Of a DNA stretch of 64,000 nucleotides, positions 11,986 to 24,214 are shown one piece after another; the stretch's first letter is position 1, and every line of letters starts with the position of its first letter. Origin of the DNA: Lama glama (taxonomy: Eukaryota); the NCBI GenBank assembly GCA_028534125.1, contig CM052818.1, positions 30,258,001 to 30,322,000 of the forward strand. Direction: 5' to 3'. The notes beneath the pieces were generated by a model that did no database searches, was not told the origin of the DNA, and worked only from the letters and a program-made list of their open reading frames with translations. A program made the translations under genes and the position numbers.

Positions 11986-13800
11986 AACAGAATTACCTTG
12001 TTTTAAAATCATGAGTCTATAAGAGTTACTGAAAAAAGAAGATAGACTCAAAATACATTTACTCTTCAAATGAAACAGGAACTATATTCATGTTGACATT
12101 GTTCAGTGAAGAAGAAAAATGTTAAAGTTTGGTTGTATGTATATGCTCAGGATGGGTAGAACATATACAAAGGTTAAAGAGCCACTATCAATGGAAAACA
12201 GATTTCTTTTCCCATCAAATTATTATGGACATATTCCTAAGAATTTCTACTAGTTGCTAAGCAGCTATCTACTTGCTTTCATAAAATCATTTTAAGGTAT
12301 TAATGAAGGTGTATCAAAGCATTTCACTTATAGGTATGAGTGTCCTCCCCAATGGATCGTCACAGGAAATGCCATGGCCTAGGAGCTTGAGACAGAGTAA
12401 AGAATACTTAGAGATGTGGAGCTGAGTGGATTTTGCCTAAGTCAACTGAGAATCTGTAGACAGCTTCTTACTAAAATTTACCTGCCAACTGATGGTTTTA
12501 GCTCATTACTTACTGTCTTGATTAGTCCATTAATTCTGTATGGTCTTTCCAAGGGACAAACACAGAGGCCTAAAATGTCCCACAATGGACCTTTCCTCAG
12601 CTTGAATCTAGGGGGCCAGAGTATGTATATGAGATATCAAGTTTGCCTGTCCTGTCTCCAAGGCAGGGAGGGTGGTGTGTGGAAAAGAAATAATTCATGC
12701 ACAATGCTTACTTTTTGGATAGAAAAGTATAATAATTAGGTTTATGCTATGAGTACAAGACCATAAAAATAATATACTGATGGGACATTGTTAATAAATT
12801 ATACCTGAACTATTAAAAAAAACCCTTGATACTTTGAGAACACAAAATTTTACATATATATATATATGTAAAAAATATATATATATAAATTAGAAAATTG
12901 TGGAGTTAAAATTATGAATCAGATCAAAGGGACCTGGAACCTATACTTTAAACATGAATTTTTAAAGTAACAGTAGCTAAAACACCAACGTGGGTATGTG
13001 GAATTCTCTATTCCTAAGCTTCATTCATGTCAAACACACTCCAGATAAACTAGGCTGTTACAATGGAAAAGGGTGGCTGCAAGAAGTATGAGGGGTTTCT
13101 TAGCAATGTAGTCAGTTAACTATAAGATGCCCAAAGACAACTTCACATTTGGAAGCTTGAAAAAAAGACTGCCAAAATGCACTCAAATATACTCACTCTC
13201 TCTGTTAAGAGTTCCCTGTCTCTTCAATAGCTGTTAAAACTTGAACAGGACCCTCTGCAACGTGCAGACCCCCAGCTAGCCTCCAGCTTATATCTCAGGC
13301 TTTTTTTTTTTTTTTGCAGTTCACATTTTAACTCCACTGGAGTTCTATTCTATTCCAAGAATGAATTCTCTTCAGGTAATGTCTCAGGTGCTATCTGAGC
13401 TCTGAAAGGTAAGTTACATGATTCAAGTCTGATTTAAAATGTCTGCTCACACAGCTATGATCATTCTGCATATCCAAATCTATATTTGGCAAGCAATTTT
13501 TTTTCAAAAGAAATGCTTCAGTATCTTATATGCAGGTTTACTATATTTTAAAAATGTAACACATTATACTACAATGGAAACTGTATTGCTTTTATAAGAA
13601 TACCTAAACATTTTTGAAAAAGTAACAAAATAGAACATCAAGGGGTTAACCTGTTACAAGCTGTCTTCATAATGTATAATATCCTCGTTTCCTATAATTT
13701 TCTTCTATTTAGTATTGATATGATTTGATAGACAATGACTTGAGAACTCTGTACAGTATTTTTTGTGCATTACCAAAGAACACCATAAAATACTGCAATC

Positions 13801-13968
13801 TGGGGGGTGGGGGAATAGCTCAGTCGTAGAGTGTGTGCTTAGCATGCATGAGGTCATGAGTTCGATCCCCAGTACCTTCCTCAAAGAAGAAAAACTGATA
13901 ATAGATTAAATAAATAAATATTACCTCCTCCCCACTAAACTACAACTCAAGAATAATAAAAAAAAATT
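13801..13968 (+). mobile_element. Vic-1-like SINE
   Basis: A/B boxes; TSD-like aaatactgcaat / aaacactgcaat. Confidence 0.85.
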
Positions 13969-14110
13969 TTACAAACACTGCAATTTGACATTCCTCCATA
14001 TTTTGAAATAAAGCAAAATTAGTTTTTTCTAGTTTCTAATCACATAAACTAGAAAAATCCAGACAAAAGATAAGTTTCACAATATAGAGAACCAGAACAA
14101 AAGAGTATAC

Positions 14111-14151
14111 CTCACTGGCAGACATATTCTTCACTTGTTCTGGTTTCAGTT
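14111..14151 (-). CDS. SPAST: SPAST exon 16 (41 nt: LKPEQVKNMSASE)
   Basis: tctacag|AACTGA and TGAG|gtatac. Confidence 0.96.
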
Positions 14152-15139
14152 CTGTAGAATAGAAAAGTCAGCCATTTTAAGTTTAAAGATTTTCAAGTTT
14201 AAATTACTGAAGAGCAAAACCAAGTACAATAATCTAAAAGTGTATGTTCAATACAAATAATTATATTTTAAAACATATATATTAATATTAAGAGCACAAA
14301 CAATTTATATATGCTTAGAATAATATTCCTTCTTAGGAGTAATGGAAGGCATTCAATTTCTTTACAAATTGCTCAAGAAAAACAGATTTTACAAATTTAA
14401 GAGAAAACTTAAAATAATGCAACTTGGTCTTTACAAAAGGCATTAGTTTTTTTTTTTTAAGCCAACAACTTTATCTGCTTCAGAATAATAGTGAAAATAC
14501 TCTAAAAAATACAAATGATTTATACATTAGCTACTGTTCCTGAGTCCACTATCTGATTAAGATTTCATGCCTTCAGCAGTAAGAAACTTTGACTAAAACG
14601 CTTTACCCAGAGTTTTAAAATATATTCCCAAGATTACATTTGTTATTCTCCAAAGCAGCAGTTCTTAAGCAGTACCCTGTTTCACTGTTGCAGGTATGTT
14701 TTGTATTTTACCATCATGGCCAGTAACCTGAGTGCAGACCTGAGAGCACCACCCATCCACCACCCATGCTGTCTGGAAAAACAGCTGTGAACATCTCTCA
14801 AGTGGTATCACAGTGAATTTAATCTAACATAACCTAAAAATGATCAGGTGTGGTACTTCAGAATCAACAAATTACTCTGAATCAAAACACAGCAATGAAT
14901 GATACACTTTGCTGTAATTTTTCAAAAGATAACATATAATGATGAAAGTAAAAACTTCTATTTATGTAAATTCCCTTAGAAACATTAATTTCAAGTGATA
15001 CTAAAATACTGAAATGAAAAGAACTAAATAACAGATAAGAACATTTTCCCTTTATTCTTTCATGCCTGCTTTGAAAAGTTTTCTTTTTATTTGAGCATTC
15101 TGCTGCTAATCTTCTATCAAGAATTGAAGCCTGCTGTCT

Positions 15140-15345
15140 AGAACAAGGCTCATGGTTCACTGACTGATCCATAGACTGTCTTCATATGCTCTGTGAGCTA
15201 AACAATGGTTTCACATTTTTTCGATTGTTGTTAAAAAAGAGAAGAAGAAGAAAAGAATATGCAACAGAGAGTATATGTGGCCCACAAGCCTAAAATATTT
15301 GCTATTCAGGCTTTTTTTCAGAAAGGTTTGCTGACCCTAAGTCTA
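15140..15345 (+). mobile_element. MER58-like hAT DNA transposon fossil
   Basis: tatgtggcccacaagcctaaaatattt..agaaaggtttgctgaccc. Confidence 0.7.
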
Positions 15346-15469
15346 GAAACTTTGTATCAAGTTTTCCATTGATACAGCTTTACTGCTTTCCTACTAGTAA
15401 AAAAAAGATCTCTCAATAGGGACTTCTCAAACTTCTCAAGTGGTCTAATAAACAGTTCTAAATGTTTCA

Positions 15470-15604
<135 letters not shown>

Positions 15605-16664
15605 TTAAAACCTCCACATAATAAGAAGGCAAAACCTAGTTTGCTTTTGTCATCAAGCAGACAGCTTTATGATTTGATTTTAAGGGCACAGGAAGGGCCA
15701 CTTGCTAAAAACATAACAGTCTACTGCTGGTTCCTTGTAACGCCTCAATTTTCATCATTAGAACCATTCCTTTAGATAAAGGTATACTATATCCCCAGGA
15801 GGCTCATTAAATTGTAAATATGTCCCCTGGAAAGGTAACATCTATAAGCCATTGCTGGCCACCTGACACATAACCACAACTACTCCTCTATAGGTTAATG
15901 AGTCTTTATCTTGACAAAAAGAACTGCCTTGATGGAATGAGAGCCAATCAAGAAAGATTTCTTTAAATGTAGGACAGACAGGGTGAAGACAGGGTCTAGG
16001 GTGGAAGACATTGGCAAAAAGAGGCACACCTGAATGGGATGCCACAGTGGAGAATCCTGGGCAGCCAAGAGATTATCAAAGGGAATTAAGAACTAGGGAG
16101 GCAAAGGAAAGAGGAAAATAAAACAGGAAAAAAAAAAAGCATTTACTTATCATGTACTATGTTAAATAACTACACAGATCAAACATTATTAGCAGAATTC
16201 TTTCACTGGAGTGACAAAGAAGGATTTCAATATTTCTAAGTATTGAATTTGTTCTTTTTTAATAGGTATCTGGGAACTCAGAGTTTTTACTAAAGTTATT
16301 AGCTATTCACATTTTGTTGAATATTTTAAATTACTTTATGAGATTTTTCAATGACTAAAATTCATGACTGCATCTCATATTCAGTTTCTACTTAAGTACA
16401 TCACTCATAAAGAAGGTTGAAGACGTCAAAGTTTTAAAAAGTTATGTGTAATGCAAAAGAACAAGTTTAAATGAAAATATCTGTGTTTGTGTGGAAAGAT
16501 ACAAGATGCTTTAAAGTTTTAAAATTACTTTAATACCACTTAATAAGTTTTAACAAGTTTATAAAAAGAATATAGTACCATCATTAGATACTTAGGTCAT
16601 GTTTCCTAGAGGGTCTAGAAATTGAAATTTAGACACCATATATATAAGAAAATAAGATAAGAAA

Positions 16665-16792
16665 GAAGCAGATACAGCTCAGTAGTAGAGCGTATGCTTA
16701 GCATGCACGAGGTAGTAGGTTCAATCCCCAGTACCTCCATTTAAAAAATTAACAAACAAATAAATAAACCCAATTACCACCCCTCCAAAAAA
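16665..16792 (+). mobile_element. Vic-1-like SINE
   Basis: cagctcagtagtagagcg..ggttcaatccccagtacc..cccaattacc. Confidence 0.85.
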
Positions 16793-16934
16793 GGAAGAAG
16801 GGAAAGGAAGTATAGGATGAAACAAGAAGTCTTCTGATAAATAAACTACTCATGAGTTTACTTTAAACAAAACAGAAAATGAAGTCTTAAAAAAAGAAAA
16901 AAAAGCTTCAATATAGACCAAATCAAATTACTCA

Positions 16935-17036
<102 letters not shown>

Positions 17037-17269
17037 TTATCAGTCCTAAGAATTAGCTTAATAAAATACCCAAGAATCGGGTTCAAATCCCAACTCTCAC
17101 TTAGGAGCTGAATGATCTTATACAAATCAATGTACATCTTAAAGCCTCATTCAAATCTGTTAAAATGACAATTTTTTAAGAGTTCCTGGAAGAGTTAAAG
17201 ATAATCCAAATAAAGCAGTAAGGAAATAGCTGCTGTTACTCCCAAAGGTCTGAGCTAGACAAACACAAT

Positions 17270-17890
17270 TTTTAAAAAAGTTTTATAGAGGTACAAATCC
17301 ATGTAACATGAATCTCACCTATTTCATGTATATAATTCAATGACTTTTAATACAGAGTTTTGCAACCATCACCACAACAATTTTAGAACATTTCTACCAC
17401 TCTAAAAAGTCCGCTTGTGCCTGTTTGCAGCTAAAAACCCACTTCCACCCCATAGCCCTAACTAACCACTATCTACATTATGTTTCTAGAAATTTGCGTT
17501 TTCTGCATATTTCATATAAATGGAATCGTATGATATGTAATATTTTGCATCTGGCATCTTTCACTTAGTATAATGCTTTTGAGGTTCATCCACATTATAG
17601 CACGTATAAGTAGGTCATTCCTTTTACTGCTAAATAGTAGTCCATTAAATGGATATACCACATTTGTTTCTTCATTCACCAACTGATGACTATTTTAGAT
17701 TCTTTGCAGTTCTTGGCTATTTTTTACAATGCTGTTATAAAAATTCTTGTACATGTCTTTGTGTAGACATCTGTTTTCATTTCCCTTGGGCAGATTCTTG
17801 GGAATGGAATTGCTGGGTCTTAGAGTAAGTTTATGTTTATCTTTTTAAGAAACTGCCAAACTTCTCCTATGTAGCTGTACCATGCATTGG
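17270..17890 (-). mobile_element. Old L1M 3' end (antisense)
   Basis: catataaatggaatc, tttcacttagtataatg, ggaattgctggg, aagaaactgccaaac. Confidence 0.85.
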
Positions 17891-17961
17891 AAGATTTAAT
17901 ACTGCCAAGATGGTAGTTCTTATTTCTGCCTAAAAAAAGAAAATCAAACATAGATACATAC

Positions 17962-18004
17962 CTCCTCATTTGGCAAAGACACATATACCCGTTTGATGAA
18001 ACGC
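17962..18004 (-). CDS. SPAST: SPAST exon 13 (43 nt: RFIKRVYVSLPNEE)
   Basis: ttttag|GCGTTT and GGAG|gtatgt. Confidence 0.97.
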
Positions 18005-19509
18005 CTAAAAAAGGATTCAAGCAATCTCAGAAACAGAGTTTTGAATATAAAGATAACTCAGTTCAAGCAGCAAATGGAAAGAACCAAAGCTTTAAATATA
18101 ATGCTCAAGGTATTTGAATACATTTTAGCAGTCATTAATGTAAAAAGTTATTTTTAGTTAGTCTTTCAAAACATTCCAGTTAATATTAAAATCCTCAATT
18201 TAATAGTCACAATTAAATTAACCATTTATGTATGTGTATTTTTAACAGCAATAATACTTTAAAACAAAATGTCTGATATAAGAAGTTGAATAAACAGATC
18301 TCTGCTGTCTTCTTGAAACTGAAAACAACTAAAAGCAACCAACCAACCAACCTACAGAAACAGAAATGTAAACTCCATCATCAACAAACTAGGTAATGTT
18401 TATGGAACTAAAATGTATGAAGAAGGGCTGCTTAAAGCAGTGAAAATTACACTGAAAAAAAGAATACACATAGGACCTGCCACTGTAGATTCTAGATATG
18501 GCTGTGAGAGCACAGTTTCCCAGAGGAAACAGAGAGCACACTCCGAGGGGTAACAGAACCAACCTCCCCACATTTAAACAAGCATGTGAAGTCTGGTTCA
18601 GCAGATGATGTGATCCTAGTCAGTAGCAGGAGAATGGCAAGGAAGGTGAGGCTCAACAAAGAAACTCAAAAACACATCATTTTGTAAGAAGACATCAATC
18701 AGTCTGGCAAGATGACAAGCTGTCTTGCAATGACCAATCTTTTTCAGCTGAAGACTAAATCAAACCAATGTGATTTATACACACATATACTTCCTTATCA
18801 GGTATGGCTTTGCTGTGAGTCAGGGAGATTGCCTTTTATTCCACAGTGTTCATAGGACAACTAAGATACTTGCTTGGTATCTTACTTTTCTAGCTCTTCT
18901 CCTACAATATCCTTCCAAAACTAGGTTTTACAAGAAAACTCCCCTTATTCAAACGAAAATAATAAGCAAAATAGGCAAAAGCACAGGATTAAAAAAAAAA
19001 CCCCAAAAACAATGCCAAAAAAAGAGGGAAAAGAATACAATAAATATAAAATAGATAAAATGAAGAACACGCACAGAGGATTTTGCCATAGAGCAAATTA
19101 AATTGTGACCAGTATCTTTTCACGAAATAAAATAACTTAGTGGAGAAAAAGGGCTTCTGTGAAATAAGAGCTCAATGAGATATAAGGACTCAAACAAATG
19201 ACAGGCAAAGGCTCAAGGAAATAAGACAACAGAAGATGAAAAATGGGAGAGCAGAAATCAGGAAAGCAATAAAAAAGAAAACAAAAACCATCAGAGAAAC
19301 AAAGATTACAAAAGTAGTAGTAGAAAGGAGATTAGACACCAGCCCAGGGATAGATGAGGATCACAAACAAGAAAACAGAAACAAAACAAAACAGAAACAG
19401 TTAAAAAGGAGTAGAAAGGAAATTACAGATATGGCAGACAAAAAGATGCAACATAATGCATAAATATAGTGTGTGTGGAAGAAAAAACTACAGAAAAATG
19501 AGTTGGAGA

Positions 19510-19763
19510 GGGGGGAGGTGGGTGGGAAGGGACAGACTGGGAGTTTGAGATTGGTAGATACTGACAGGTATATATAGAATAGATAAACAAAATTTATACT
19601 CTATAGCATAGGGAAATATATACAAGGTCTTGTGTAGCTCATGGGGAAAAAGAATATGAAAGTGAATATATGTATATTCATGTATGACTGAAAAATTGTG
19701 CTGTATGCCAGAAATTGACACAGCACTGTAAACTGACTATAACTCAAAAACAAACAAAAAAAA
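19510..19763 (+). mobile_element. Young 5'-truncated L1 3' end with 18-bp TSD
   Basis: TSD AGAAAAATGAG(T/C)TGGAGA at 19492-19509 and 19764-19781; A-rich tail. Confidence 0.9.
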
Positions 19764-20459
19764 AGAAAAATGAGCTGGAGAAAAAAATGGAAGGTAGTAT
19801 TCAAAATAACTTTCCCAAAACAAAGAAGATCCCAAACTATCAGTTTAAACAAACACCAAATCCCAGGAAAAATAAACACAGATCAACCAAGATTATTTTT
19901 CAAATAAGTAGATTTCAATGGTTGAAAACGATCCAGTAAAGAGAAAAAAAAATCAAGTTAATCCATAAATGTGAATAAAATAGGCTTCAGACTTTCACAG
20001 TGCAACACCCAATCCTAGAAACAATGGGGCAATGTTATAAATTCCTCAGGTCCAAGAATTTTATGCTGAGTCAAACTGTTCTCCCAGAAGAAGGGAACAA
20101 ACTCGTTCAAACACACAAGAGAAGAGAATGTAGCTCCCATGAACTTTGCTTTTATCAGCTTCTCGTGAAGCTCAGTACAGGAGGGTAAGAATCAGTTTTG
20201 GAATTTTAAGGTAATTTAATACAATGCAGAAGAAATAAGCAATGTGCCTAAAACCATAAAGTTAAAACAGTTCTTCTGATACCATCCTGGCCCTGTCTGC
20301 AAAATCTTTAGCTGGGAACAAGCAGTCAAAGGATGGATATAGAGAAGAAAATAATGAATTTAGTCTTCAAATTGAGAATAAAGGAAACAAAAAATATGTG
20401 AGATGATCACATGAGTAAATATATCTTAAATAAATGTGTTTCTACATATATCTCCCTAC

Positions 20460-20539
20460 CTGAGAACAGCCTCATCAAGCTCCTGTGGCCTGTTAGTTGC
20501 ACCCATCACAAGCACTCTGTCATCTCCAGCAGATTGTAC
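20460..20539 (-). CDS. SPAST: SPAST exon 12 (80 nt, second region of homology: VQSAGDDRVLVMGATNRPQELDEAVL)
   Basis: ttatag|GTACAA and TCAG|gtaggg. Confidence 0.98.
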
Positions 20540-20651
20540 CTATAAGCCAAAGATATTTTTCAATACTTTTAGATAAAGCAGTAACAAAGAAAAACACAAT
20601 AAAGATATATATTTCTAATTTGGGTCATTTGATGGGAAAATATATACACTA

Positions 20652-20807
<156 letters not shown>

Positions 20808-20983
20808 TTAATTAAAAGCCAAGCTATATGAGTCATCTGAGATTAACCTAGTTTACTACTTAAGCTTTAATATAATGGGTCCTACTCAATTCATTAGTCT
20901 TTAACTTTCTGCTTCTTTAAAACTTCCTTCCGAATAATCTTTTCCTTCACACCCCTCACATTTCACAATGTTTGACTAACTTA

Positions 20984-21079
<96 letters not shown>

Positions 21080-22374
21080 CTAAAACAAGGCATTATACAT
21101 TGTTATACCCATAAAGTGCAACATTATTCCAGTGAATTTTTAACTTTCACTACTGAAAGTCCAGAATCCAGGAATTTAATTTCCTTTCTTTGCAACAACC
21201 AAAGATTTGGTTTAAGAAATGGAGGTGGGGGGGCTGAAGGGGTGTTACTGAATTGTTGCTTATAATTTTAGAAAACAGACTACTTATTTATTACTTAGTA
21301 CAGTCTGGAAAGTACTTTTAAAAATGAAATGTATCTCTGTCTTGCTTGACTCTGCATTCGTAAGACTTGAGAATGGAATAGCCATATCAGGGTGTAACTA
21401 GTGAGAAGATGGGATACTAGAGGAGAGATGCAGCACATATTCCTTAAGCCCAAGGCTGCAGGGTATATTTATAGAAGCAGGTAAGTTGGAAAGTGCACTC
21501 CTAAACAAAATTTGCTTTACTAAGAACACCTTGAAAACCCATTCTCATAATGTAACTGTCAGTAAACACAAAAATATTTCTAGGTAGTCCAGGAGGTGTA
21601 TGAAACCCCTTGAGACAGTCCCAGGGACTGAGACACTATTCTAAAACCATTCTAGGCATCAAAGTAACATTTAATGAAAGGGTCATGATGTTTGGGGTAA
21701 TCTACTATAAAAGCTATTTTGTTCTCTATGTGGTATCTGTTCTTTTTACTCCAAATTTCATAAAAAAAAAAAGGAATGGTCTCAGATTTAGAATCATCAA
21801 AACAAACATTCTCAGACCTGGAAAAAACTGCAGGAGATCACCTCTTATGACACTGAAACTTTATAAATGAAGTAAAGCCTAAAGTGATACTTTCTTAGGC
21901 CATCTCAGCATGTAAAAGTTAGGTTGGAATCTCTATCTCCTAACTTCCAAGATAGTGTTTTCCATTATACTACGTGCATAATGTGGGTAAACCTACTTTA
22001 ATAACAATTTTACTTATAAAATTTCACATAGGATGCAAAATGTAACCAGGAAAAGCATCATTTCATAGTTACTTTAAAGTACTTTACAAAATTGAGGACC
22101 CTGCCAATACCTGGTATCTTGGACTTCTAACCTCCAAAATATTAAGACAATAATTTTCTATTGTTTAAGCCAGCCAGTTTATTGTGCTCTGATATACACC
22201 CCTAACAAATGAATATAGTATGTGACAGAACAATTTTAATTTTTAAAAAGCCCAACAAATACATATAACTTTTTACTTTGAAAAGTGGTATTTATCATAT
22301 CTAAATAATAGATATAACACTCATAGAAAAACATTTTTATGCAATATTATTACCATTTATACTTAACACAGTTA

Positions 22375-22506
<132 letters not shown>

Positions 22507-23305
22507 TCACAAGAGTAAATATTATATTAGTTCAATTGCTTTAAAAAGACAACCACATTTGATCAATTTAAGCACTAGAAAAGATTTCCTAAAAATAAAA
22601 GGTATGACACAATTCCCACTGTATGGCAGTCAATGTGTTTCTTCTCAGAAATAAAAGGTTTAGGAAGAGTTGTGCTTATTTCCACTCTCTTTTTCTTTAA
22701 GAGAGAACTGATAGGGAGCGGTTTAAAAAAAAAAAAGAAGGTGTTATTCTCTTCCTAGTTATAGAAAGATAACTGGGAGGAGAAAGACAAACAGCTAAGG
22801 GAAAAAAATTACTTTCTCTATTTATGTTTTCCCTCTAGAAGAGTTATACAGGTGAAAGAGATACCCATATCTTAGCAAAAACTTCTGGCAAAAGGATACA
22901 GAAAAAAAAAATCTGTTGTATGTCAATTATGCCTCAATTTAAAAAAAAGAAAAATCTGTATCATGTTGATTATTTGACTTAAATAAGGATGTTAAGATGG
23001 TAAAAAATAAAAGATTAGGAAGATACTCAATACAGTAATAAGCTCTTCTATGGTAAAACATTATTATTATGGGAAAATAATGAAAATTACACTATTAAAT
23101 TTAGCCAGCCCCAAACTCCAACTGAAGATAACAGATACGGTTTTCCACCTACTTCATCATTAAAAACCAGTTTAAAAACTCAAAACAAGTACATTATAGC
23201 AAAAGCAAGTCAAATAACAGACTCAAGGACAATGAAAAGTTTCTTTTTTTCATATTGTATCTCTAATATCTCAGTAAAACATGCAAATTTAAAAAGAATT
23301 CTTAC

Positions 23306-23380
23306 CAGCATTGTTTTTCCATTTCCAGGTGGACCAAAGAGTAACAGTCCTCTGGCAGGAGCTCTAAGCCCTGTAAACAA
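23306..23380 (-). CDS. SPAST: SPAST exon 8 (75 nt, Walker [26 protein letters not shown])
   Basis: ORF track 23210..23401; tttttaag|TTGTTT and GCTG|gtaaga. Confidence 0.98.
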
Positions 23381-23399
23381 CTTAAAAATATATACTTTC

Positions 23400-24100
23400 A
23401 TGGAGATTCCTCAAAAGACTAGGAATAGACTTACCATATGACCCAGTAATCCCATTCCTGGGCATATATCCAGAAGGAACCCTACTTCAAAAAGACACCT
23501 GCACCCCAATGTTCATAGTAGCACTATTTACAATAGCCAAGACATGGAAACAGCCTAAATGTCCATCAACAAATGGCTGGATAAAGAAGATGTGACATAT
23601 TTATATAATGGAATACTATTCAGCCATAAAAATGACAACATGATGCCATTTGCAGCAACATGGATGTCCCTGGAGAATGTCATCCTAAATGAAGCAAGCC
23701 AGAAAGAGAAAGAAAAATACCATGTGAGATTGCTCATAAGTGGAATCGAATAGAAAAGAAAAGAAAAGAAAAGAGAAGAAAAGAAAACAACAAATGAACA
23801 TAAATACAAAACAGAAACAGACTCATAGACATAAAATACAAACTTGGGGTTGCCGGGGTTGGGTGGGAAGGGACAGGCTGGGAGTTCAAAATTTGTAGAA
23901 ACTGAAAGGTATATATAGAATAGATAAACAAGATTATACTGTATAGCACAGGGAAATATATACAAGATCTTGTGGTAGCTCACAGAAAAAGAATGCAACA
24001 ATGAATATATATATATATATGTTCATGTATAACTGAAAAATTATGCTGTACACTGGAATTTGACACAACATTGTAAACTGACTGTACCTCAATAAAATTA
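23400..24100 (+). mobile_element. Young L1 3' end (~700 bp; ORF2 C-terminus plus 3'UTR), antisense to SPAST and abutting the exon 8 acceptor
   Basis: ORF2 end (PFAATWMSLENVILNEASQKEKEKYH), (GAAAA)n tract, 3'UTR ending ctcaataaaa. Confidence 0.92.
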
Positions 24101-24214
24101 AATTATATATATATTGTTACCAGACTGGTAATATCTTACTTTACAGTAAAGGTGTCTGTACTTTTAAGTTGAACCTTATGAAGTGGGTAATATTCAAACC
24201 AAAGAAAAAAATAC

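Noticed and set aside
14700..14850. Possible cryptic exon in SPAST intron 15 (ttttccag acceptor ~14773)
   Set aside because: Only weak donors downstream (gttact, gtaaaa); insufficient support.
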